Positions 11,901 to 23,000 of a stretch of 64,000 bases of DNA are shown here, one piece after another. Position numbers and translations under genes: made by a program. The notes under the pieces were generated by a model. The model was not told the origin of the DNA and did no database searches. It saw nothing but the letters and a program-made list of their open reading frames with translations. The stretch's first letter is position 1, and each line of letters begins with the position of its first letter. This DNA comes from Gordius albopunctatus (Eukaryota): positions 3,596,001-3,660,000 of the forward strand of contig OZ193910.1 of NCBI GenBank assembly GCA_964276515.1, read 5' to 3'.

Positions 11901-14900
11901 AAAAAATGGTCATTTAAAACTGGGAAAAACTACTTCCAATACATGTTTTTTAATCGATATTATGCCATGTGTTAAATTTCTCCCGAATGGAACAGATTAT
12001 TTTGTTGACCCTGGGCCAGATCTTAAAAAATTCGAAAAATCAGTGAGTTGGTTTAACCAAAAAAATTTTCGCCTATTTATAAGAAATAATCATGTAAAAT
12101 TTTTTGGTTTTAAATTTTAAAATTAACCTTAAAATTCGTAATTTTGACGAATTAAAAAATATTCAATGGTGTCCTAATTTAATTTTGTTTATTTAGCATG
12201 CAATTGATTTTGCACTTTCCCTCAATATAAGCTCAAACAAAATTTCGACATTTGTTGCGGAATCAAGATTAGCTAAGAAAAGGGGTGGGAATAAGGGAAA
12301 AAATAAAATGACCTCCACTTCCAAATCTTCAAAAGGTCAGGAAACGACTTCGAAAAATCCGCCAGATGGCACTATGCTTCAAGTAGCGAATAGCGATGAT
12401 GAAAACGCCGAAGAGTTAGCTCAAGTTAGCGACGAAGAAGAAAAATGCAGATTAAAAGTAATCCTCATGTTTTATATGTTTTTATCTTAATAATAGACAT
12501 GTATTAAAGTATGTTAAAATATAAAAATGGCAATAAATTTTTTACAAAACTTAGAGATTTTGAATAATTATAAAACAGCGCGCCTAGTTGAAAACTTTGA
12601 TTTTAATGGACATGAGGGGGGGGGGGGGTAACCAGCATGGAAATTAGAGGGGGGGGCAATAATGATTTAAGCAGGAGTAATTTTAAAACCAACTGGGTTT
12701 TACCAAGGTCCGTTCAGAATGTCCCTCTCATTAAATTGTTTGAAAAAAGTGTATGATTTTTCAAATTTTTCTATAAAACTTGCAATATATTATGATGAAA
12801 TATTTCTAATTTTTAGCGTAGGATTTTCAAGTATCAACAAAATTCGGAAGATTTTTTGGAATATTTTCGTGCCAGTTCAAGGCTGATAGGCTTTGACGTT
12901 TCACAACACGATATTGATAATATATGGAAAAGGGTGCGTGCTTTTTTCGTTTCCTACCAGAATTCTCAGCTAAAATCGGTTAATCAAAGAAAAGGCAATC
13001 TTCACTCAACCCAAAATCTTAACAAATCCCTGCAATCTACAAAATCTACGACAATTCGGGTTCCATCGATAAAAAATGCCCAACTAATACATCTCGTCTT
13101 CAATTTAAGTAAAATTGCATAATTAACGAGGGAAAAATTAAAATTATTAATTTCTATTACTATTTTTTGCAAAACTTTCAATTTAAGGAATGTAAAAAAC
13201 TTTGAGTAAAAATACATTTTTTTAAATCATTGGAACGATTGTATTTGTTGTCCCCCCCCCCTAAATGGCGAAACAAAAATTTTTTCAATGCATAAACCCT
13301 TAAAAATTAAAAAAAAATTGCGTTTTGCCCCCCCCCCTAATCCAAAACGTGCCTATACCCATGAATAACTCTCTTTCATGGGCGTGCCCAGGGGGAGACA
13401 GGTCCCCCCCCTCCTTAATGACAATTTTTTTTCCAATACGAAAACTCTTTTAAATTAAAAAATTTATGTTTGTTAAAAAATTGAATGAATTAGAATCAAA
13501 TTTAACACTTTTTTCCTGGTCTCTGGTAAGAATGCTCATAAAAAATTGCATTGTTTAAATAGATATAAACATAATTTACATATAGGGATTCAGTCATCTA
13601 ATTATATTATGTCGTCAAATTATTTTTGTTTCGAACACTAAGAATCCATATTTAATAAAATTATTTAAAACCCCTTTGTGGTGGGTTTAATGATTTAAAT
13701 TCCAGGACTGTTTACAATCGGCCCGCCTGAGCCCGTTATTAGGCTTGTTTGGCCCGCCCGAGGTTGGCCGGTTAAATTTTTTTATTTTAAGAGCCAGTGC
13801 GTGTGCCAGGCCAGCCCGTGCAGGTCACTGTGGTGCCCTACAGTACCCATCATAACCTAATAAACAATTAAGGGAACAAATAATACCTGATAAGGAAATA
13901 TTGCTGCTAATTCTAACCTTGCCCCTGCAAGTGAAGCCATTAATTTTATTTTCCATCTTTTTATTCTCTCTAAAAAAGTTATATGAATACAAATTCCACC
14001 AATTATATATACAAATTTTTGTGTACTTTGATATTTCAACATGTCTAACATTAAAAAGTGCTATATATTTGATATTTTTTGTCTTGATATATAAATAAAG
14101 AAATAGAACATTTAATCAAGTTGTCCCAAATAAATAAACATTAAATCTTAGTTTGAGGAGTTTATACTTTATAGTTAATATTAATGTAGCTTAGGAAATC
14201 ATATTAATAATCTTATATTACTAATGACTGTTTAAAAGTAACTGAATTTAAAACTTTATTGTTAATTAAACAAATCAAATTTGACATTAAATATGTGTAG
14301 GAAGTGTCATTTTTATGCCAAATGGACTGTTCTTATAGCCTTATATAATGTCTGTTTTAAGATATTATATGAGGATTACTTTAATATTCTCAATTCTCAA
14401 ATATAACCTTCTTGTGATGTATTTTTATTGTAAATAAAAATGGATTTAGAAACAAGAGAAACATTTCTGTCTGAAAAAATAAAGGGCAAAAACTTCCTTA
14501 AGTTTGGACAACTCTATTTTTTGTTTTGATTTTTTATGCCAAATTTTTATATTTATAGTTCCAACCTTATTTTATATGATCTTATTAATAAAATTATGAA
14601 ATTGGAGAAAAAATTAATCGCATAGAGGAAAATTTTGGGGGTTGTACTAATTAAGGATATAAAATTCTTGTTCGAATACCCAAAGTAATATATTAATTTA
14701 CTCATGGGCGTAGCCAGGGGGCCGCCCCCCCCCCCCCCAAATGGCGAAAAAAAATTTTCCAATGCAAAAACCTTTAAAAATTAAAAAACTTTACGTTTTG
14801 CCCCCCCCCTCCCCCCTAATGGAACTTTTGAACGTTTTGCCCCCCCCCCCAATCCAAAACCTAGCTACGCCCATGACCCGGCCCGGTCCAAATTTTTAAT

Positions 14901-16564
14901 TATGTAATAGCGTATATTAAAGAATAAAAAAGACGAATTCCGAAATGGGGGAGCTTTGTTAGACCAAGATTTATTTGTTAAAAAAATTAAATGAATTAGA
15001 ATTAAATTTAACACTTATATGTGTATACATTGTGTGAAAATGGCATGACGTCTCTGTTTTAAGTATAGATGCCATATTTGTATTTATTTGTATTGCGAAC
15101 AATGAAAGGGCTATGCAAATATAAATATTTCCATCCTTTCCAATTTCCATAAACGTAGCTAGGGATCTGAAAGAAATGGAGCCGGGCAAAGACTATAAAA
15201 GTAACTTGGGAAGGGGGGGGGCAAAATTGTTATTTTAACATTTTAAGCATTCTCGATATACAATCTAATAAAAAAGTAACAAAATATCCGGCCCGCGGGC
15301 TTTCTGGTCTCTGATGCAGATTAACTACCCCTATAATTTATAAAAAGTCGACCTGCTAGATTTGGGAAGATCAGGTTAGTGGTGAAAATGCTCAAAAAAC
15401 CTTTGTTTTTTAGCAAGTGAACAAATGAATTGGGAAACAGAAAAATAAGGGATTAAAAGCCTTTTGTCTTGAATATAATTAAAAGGGAAAAAGTATAAAT
15501 TAACTTTAAAGTTATTTAAAAGTGTCTTAGTCCTAGATGCAACTATGAATACTCTAATTTCATCTAAAAATTTATTTATGAATCAAAAGAAAAATTTTAA
15601 ATTTTTTACATTAATCTTAAAATTAAAAAATACATATAATAGGTGTTGTTTTTAATTCATTAAAAAACATCGTTAAATTTATTTTAGAAAATTGGACGCT
15701 TAAATCTTCGACCTGCAATCGTTTGAACATTAAACAAGTCAATCTATACAACCTATTTAGACCACAAAACATTGCCCCGGTATTATATATTTTTTAGTAA
15801 AATTATGTTAAATAGACTGACAATTTAAAAAAAAGAATGAAAAATATTTTATCGCATCTTTTGATTTAAAATTAGGATGCCTTGTTGGCAAATCTTTCCT
15901 CTTACGTATCCAAAAATTGTTTTCACACTCAGGAAGTTTTCTTGGTTGAATGTTGGAAAACCAGTTTGATCAATGCTCAAGAATACATCGAAAATGTAAG
16001 AAAATTACGAATTATTATAAAAAATTGAGCATAACTCAATAATTTTTTTACATTTATTTATATAAGCAGTTATACAATATATTTAGCAAAATATATAAAT
16101 ATAAAAACGATATATCGATATCGACAATTTTATTTTAAATTTAACCTGCTTTTAAACAATTAGATAATCGAATAAATAAAAATTAACTATATTTTCGGAC
16201 TTTGAAAAAGTTTAATAACCCATCGTTGACTAGCGAATCATTTCTCACTTTTTAGTCTAAATTTTAATAAATATACCGAAAAATATAATAGGAACCGAGA
16301 GAACGTAGCAAAAAAACGTTTATCCTTGAACACACGCAATCGCCCATCAAACTTAGCGAAATAGTGTTCAAATCTTTGCAAGGCTTAGGTGGCACAGGCA
16401 AAAAACAATTAATAACGCACCTCATCTCAATGCACAAACGCGCTTTGAGCGTCAAATTTTTTGCTGCCGAAGCGTCTAAAAATGTTACTTGTTATTTCCA
16501 ATCCGGTACTGACTCGACCACATACAAATGGATCACTAAACGCATGGCATCACATTTAAAATGA
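8914..16564 (+). CDS. Adenylate-kinase-like domain protein with degenerate P-loop and predicted N-myristoylation (9 exons, ~608 aa)
   Basis: Phase-consistent GT-AG exons 8914-8992, 9448-9756, 10374-10525, 11794-12042, 12197-12457, 12817-13108, 15688-15779, 15876-15995, 16292-16564 (1827 nt). Splicing rebuilds PTIIFIFG|GPGSFKSEII...FGFHFISANDII, then CFLIDIMP, KKFEKS, DEEEKCRLK|RRIFKYQQNSEDFLEYF..IDNIWKRV. These are collinear with AK1/AK5/UMP-CMP kinase motifs. Confidence 0.78.
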
Positions 16565-17057
16565 GACAGGATTGACAATATTTACATCGGAAAAATAATT
16601 ATTCGCGATTTGTGTAAATTATTATTAACTTTGGAAAGGAGAATAAATTAGCAAAACTTGTTGCCCAAAATGGTCTTGACTACAGATATACATGGATTTT
16701 ATAATATTGTTCCAATTTAATTCGCATTTAAATTGTTTAATTATGTACTTTTTATAAACAAAGTTTAATTATCTTCAAATTTAATAGGCTCGCTGTTTAT
16801 TTAACAACTTGCTTTATTAATGTAAATAAATAAACCTTTAAAAATATAAAAATAATAAAATTAAATATCAATTTGAAAGCGACTTAATAACTCTCATAGA
16901 AAACTATATTTAAACTCATATTTATGTGTCGAAACTTTAAAGTATAATCCTTCTTCCATTAAACATTATATAAAAACTTTATTAACATAATAAATTCAAC
17001 AAATAAAAAAATCTTGTAAGTCCATCTTGACATTTACAATAATTTCGATTGAATGCT

Positions 17058-20000
17058 TCAATTAAGAACAGTTTCATCGAATAAGCATTGTTCTAACATA
17101 AGGCCATTCCAAGGTTTTATGGTAATTTTAACTTGGGTCCCCTTTTTGCTTTGGATCTTTTTTTGCAAAGTTCTCTCCACTAACAGCTTCACTTCTTCCA
17201 GCATCGATTTATTAGTGTCGTCCAATAATGCCTATAAACGTAAAAAGAAATATTAAAAAAAGGATAAAATTTTTTGAAATGGTTGACATTTTTCCCTTTA
17301 TTTTTACCTTTAAAATTAAATTAATTTTAAAATATCTATCAATAACAAAAAAAATCTTTAAAAATTTTATGTCCTTATTTTTATCATTATCTTGAATTTT
17401 TCATGTACTAAATGGCAAAATAGGATCAAAGTCCCAAAATCTAACTGCGGCCCAATCTTCAAATACGATTATAATCTCGAACCAGAAACGAATTTCAAAA
17501 AATTAAAAATCTAAAATCGAATCCTAAAAATCTTTAAAAAATCACCTTCAAACCAAAAAAGTAACGCTTCACTCTAAAAAACATTTCCCCGTAGTACTAG
17601 TTTGGCAAAGCACTAGCTAAAGTATAACATTAAACTTCTCGACACCTCAATGTCACAATTTAAAACCAAACGCATCCTTTTTGCAGCTAAATAAAAAGTT
17701 GTTTTACGTTCAAGTTTTCAGCGTCGTAAGCCTGCGCTTCAACCGATAGGATGCGTATAATGACATTTTCCCCTTGGTTCCTAACGATGGAATTGCCGTC
17801 ACTACAGGCTCTAGCCAAGATCCCCAATGCATTTTGCGCGTAAGATTTAACCGGCCCCCTGTGCAGAGAATCGACGCTCTTTTTGGCGACACTAGCTAAT
17901 GAGGAGCCTAGGTGTGGGTTCGTTTCGAATTGGTAATGGATCGAGTTGATGGCTAGCATCTTGACGTCGTGCGATTTGTGAACTATCGCCTAAAATGACA
18001 AAAATGCTTGCTAGAACCTTATATTATAATATGTTTGCCCTGCACACGGACGTAGCTAGGATTTGAACCAGAGGGAAGCAATAGTGATTGAGGGAGAGGG
18101 GCAAAATGATTATTTCTTGAAATTTTAGCCTTATAGAGGGGGGCAATCGCCCGTCCGTGTCTCTCCCTAGCTATGTCCATTGCTATGCAAACGCCGATTA
18201 TCCCTGGAAAAAATTTCTCGCCTATAAATTAATCATGTCTGGTCAAGGTTTGCGCATTAGGGGATAGTAATACTTCCCGATGAAATAAATAATTTTTCGT
18301 TAGTAAATCGTTCAAAATAATTCTTTTTGTTTGAATTTTTGCTGAAATTTAACAAAATTTTTAAATTTAGATAGGGGTATTTGCCCCCCCCCCGGATACG
18401 TCCATCATACTACTCAATTTAAAATCAACAAAAATACTAGTAAAGTTAATATTAAGGCTCAAAATCGTCTCTAAACACCGAAAACTTTATTTAAAATCGG
18501 TGTCACCCCTATTAAAACAGCAAGGAGAAGGTCGATGCGGTTTGGGACTGACATTAAAAAAATTTGATTAAAAACCATCAAAAGAAATCTATTTTTCGCG
18601 TTACTAATTATGGTACCACATAATTATTTATACAATGATGTAAGGATTCAACTAATAAATAAAATTAATTAAATTAAACTTAAAAGGTGATTTTCGGGAA
18701 TCATTTAAACATCGCAAATTTCAGTCGCAAAACTAATTCGACTGGTCCTATTGACACTCCCTTTAAAAATTATTCCATATTATATCGAATAATATTCAAT
18801 AACTTTCATCATAATTAAAATGACAAACATATACAAAGGTCCGCTATAACCAAGGATCGAGTGACATTGATATTAATGAAATAAAGATCGATATAAAAAG
18901 TGGAAAATTATGGAAATAAAGGGAGAGTATTTTATTCTCAAAACGAAAAGTTGTCAAAAAAAGTGTAAAAAATATATTAATATAGCGTACCTTTGTGGAT
19001 AGACTAAGTAATTGGTCAGGAATTTCAACGTTATTGTTGATATAATAAGATGCTAGGTAATTCAGCATTTTCACGGTAGAAATTGCCGCATTGATCTAAT
19101 ATAATAAATTATAAATACACATTCCTCGTCAAAATTTTCATCGCTATTTTTTCAATAATAAGAGGCTATAAGTGGTATGGGCATATATTGAGAGAGACGA
19201 ATGATGTAAATCGAAAGGTACCGGACATGGAGGTACCAGGGAAGAGAGGAAGAGGACGACCCCGTGTCACGTGGAAAGGGCAAGTCGACAAAGTTATGAA
19301 AACTAAGAAGATTAGTCAAGACATGGCACATACCTGGTCAAGATGGAAGAGACTCATCAAAACAAACTCCACGCCTAATTGCTAAATAAATATAAATTAT
19401 ATCGATCCTATTGCACGCATGTTTAGACATTCCTGCTAACGATTCTGGAAGGTATAAAGGCAAAACTTCTTGATCCATGAAAGATTCGAAACGCAAAGCA
19501 ACAACATTTGACGATGACCTTTTAAATCATCCATAAGCGTAGCCAACATTGGAATTACAGGGGGACAATAATGATTATGGGAGGGGCAAGCCATAATCCT
19601 AATAAGGTTTAACTCTTGCGTTAGGACGACAGTTGGAGATTCTAAACCTTTTCGTGTTAATACTGGATTGCATCAAGGCTCTGCTTTAAATCCCTTTTTA
19701 TTTAATATAATTATAGACACGATAACGAAGGACATTCTAAAGCCATCGCCATGGTGTATGCTATATGCCGATGATATAGTACTATGCGAGGAAACAAGGG
19801 AGAAAGTATTCGAAGAAGCCGAAAAGTGGTCAAAGCGCTTAGCTGGATATGGTTTAAAGGTCAACGATAGTAAAACGGTATACATGGAAATGAACGGTAC
19901 AAGCACCCCATCGCTGGATGACCACCTAAAGTACCCAAAAGTAGACAGGTTCACATACCTCGGCTCGATGCTACATCAAGAGGGAGGATGCGCAACGGAA

Positions 20001-23000
20001 GTCAATGTCCGGATCCGAGATGGATGGCTTAAATGGCGAAGTATATCCGGTGTTTTGTGTGACAAGAAAATGCCAATATGGTTGAAGAGCAAAGCTTACA
20101 AATCCATCGTAAGACCGGTGTTACTCTATGGAAGTGAAACATGGGCATTAAACACCACGGAAGGAAAGCTATTACAAGCCACAGAGATGAGAATGATAGG
20201 GTGGAGCTTGGGGTATACTAAGCACGACCATATGACGAATGACCTTCTCATGACAAAAATGGGTATTCAACCTATGGCCGACATGATTAACGAAAATCGG
20301 CTAAGGTGGTATAGGCATATACTAAGGAGGGATACGGATGACGTAAATCGAAAAGTAGTGCACATGGAGGTACCGGGGAAGAGAGGAAGAGGACGACCCC
20401 GTGTCACGTGGAAAGGGCAAGTGGATAAAGTTATGGAAACTAAAGAGATTAGTCAAGACATGGCAGTCACCCGGTCAAGATGGAAGAAACTTATCAAAAC
20501 AAACCGCACCAATGTGGGACCAAATAACTGATAAAGAAGAAGAATTCCAATAAAGGTTAAAGAAATTTGGGATTTAGATGGGGGCAGCCGCCCCTGCCTC
20601 TCTCCCCCTGGCTACGCCAAGGAATCATTCTCATTAGGATCTTTAAAAGGGGTAAAAGAAGCATTAATTCTATTTCTAATCCGATCATAGACTACAATTA
20701 TTTAAAAATTAGATTCATTTAGTGTTGCAACTTTGGTGTGCTGATGTTTAGTCTACTGAAACCAAAGGTGGACAAAACAAAACCCCGCAATTTTCGCAAC
20801 ACTACATCAACATTTAAGAAGATTTTTACCCTCATAATTAATGTTCTTCATAGATATATTTTAGTAGCGGGCTGCCTAGCACTACTCGACCTTACAATCC
20901 CGCTGTACCAAGAACATGACACGATCATCTATGCGGACGCGTCTGACACGCACATCGGCATATCCTGGAATGATGAAAAATTCTCGGTAACCTTCATTCA
21001 AGCGGCCGATGCGATTGGGCTTGACTGGGTTAATACGAACCACATAACAGCCTCAGAAACACTGGCAGCAGTATACGCGTACCTGGTGGCCTTCCACAAC
21101 GGGGCCCGCTACCCGAAAGTGATTACAGACTCCACCACGGCATACTTCGTACTAAGGAAAGGAGGGTCAAACTCCCCTGTGGTGGAAAAGATCATAGCCA
21201 GATTCGTAGCCACATACAACATCTCGCACCTGCTGAAACTGCACTTCAATTTGGGTTGGATCTCGACAACACTAAACCCAGCCGACGAACCATCACGGTG
21301 CTGGATGGACAAAGACCGTAACAACGACCCAGCCAACAACGACTCGTTCGACATACCTAACCTAGACAGCATCGAGGAAGACATCGACATGGAATTTTTG
21401 GAAAGCGAAAATATTAGCATAGAGGAAGGGGAGAACAGAACAAACCCCTGAGACACGTGACCGAGTCTTATATAAACGCACGTCGCACCGATACCACCAT
21501 TCGCTCTATTTTTCCTTCGCTCAATATTATTTTGCTCCCACGTTTATACGCACCTTGCCCCCTTTTACTTTTACTCTGCAATTTACCCTAAAATTTTCGC
21601 TTTTGTAATGATATATATAGTGTAGAGTAGAAACAATAAACGCCCCTGGTAGAACGATAGCGAAACCAGGGGATCTGGGAGAAGGGCCTAACCCTTCTTC
21701 CAGATTAATTAATTTAACACCCTCGACAATTCCCGAAAATATATCTATGAAGAACTACATCAACATTTCAAAATAACAGAAACTTGAAGTTTTACTTTGG
21801 AGTCGGGGAGTAGATAAGAGTTGAGCTGGTCCAGGAGTTGTTTCCAAAGGAGGGGATCAGTTTGGGGGAGACTAGTCAAAAGGGCAGGGCATTTCTTGGC
21901 TATAACGTAGAGGCACACGTCGTAGCCAACGTCATCTTCATCTTTTGATAGGGGAAAACCTAACGAGAAACAAAAATATTAAAAAAAGCTTTCAAACATT
22001 ATGTAAAACATTCATCTTCATCTTCAATTCTTTGCAATAAACGTATCGAAAGTCTTATTTATCAACATTTCCAAAATAAAATCTACTAATGTTCAAATTT
22101 ATTCAAGTCACATATGAAAAATGTGGCAAAGTTTATCAAGTCTGAGCATGTATTTATTGCATAATAAAAGGTTAAATATTGTGTGTGCTCTCCAAAGTAA
22201 CTTACAATAGACATCTAGCAGAACAGAGATGGCATATAGACAAAACTAGGTTTAAATATGATATACACCTATTCATAATCAATTTTGTACGATTCGGATA
22301 TACTAAATTAAAAAACAAGCTATTAAATACTTTTTCCCACACACTTCCAGCAAATAAAAAAAAATCTCAATTTTGTAAAAAGCAAAGCAATATCCATCAA
22401 TTAATTAAACCAAATCCATTATCTCAAGTATAAAAACTGGGCCTAAATGGTCAATAATTGCTCTAAAACATATAAAATCGGTGGCGATTTGTGGAAAAAA
22501 TCACGTACGTAATATGTATTGTGATAAGAGGTGGAGAAATTGAGATTTTGCAAGATGTTGACATAGGGTACCCAAACAACCCATGGCGATGCGTTTATTT
22601 TCATCGTCGAAACAAAGTAAATCAATCCCTTCCAAACTTTCCCCGCTAACTATGGATTGCGTGATGGGAATCAATTTTTCCTGAATAGATTTAGCTAAGG
22701 CATCACCTATATTGCTCGCCTCGGGGATGGCTAATCTTACAGCGTAAAGCGTGGTTTTCCTACACATTTTTGATTAAAATTGTAAAAGTGACATAAGCAG
22801 GTAAATACAAAAAATGGATGAAATTTATTAGATTAATGTTTATCCCAATGCTGGCTACGGGCATGAAAAGTGTACTTTAAATTTACTTGGTTTACTACTC
22901 AACTCCTTGAGTAAATTGAAGGCTTTAATCGATATGTAAGTTATATGATTAATTGAATGGGCGAAAAAAGAAATTTTTCAAAAATTTTAATTCATTTGAG

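Noticed and set aside
16364..16410. Second P-loop (GLGGTGKK) in the last exon of the AK-like gene
   Set aside because: Lacks the S/T after GK and sits too near the C-terminus for an NTPase fold. Probably coincidental.
20738..20863. N-terminus of the 237-aa ORF as a real protein start
   Set aside because: It reads through a MITE end, the TSD and the inverted Penelope segment. The genuine cargo frame starts at the 20864 junction and is 5'-truncated.
21646..21666. Hammerhead ribozyme in the RNase H insertion (CTGGTAGA...GAAAC)
   Set aside because: It does not fit the CUGANGA core and has no credible stem II. It is better explained as a simple hairpin.
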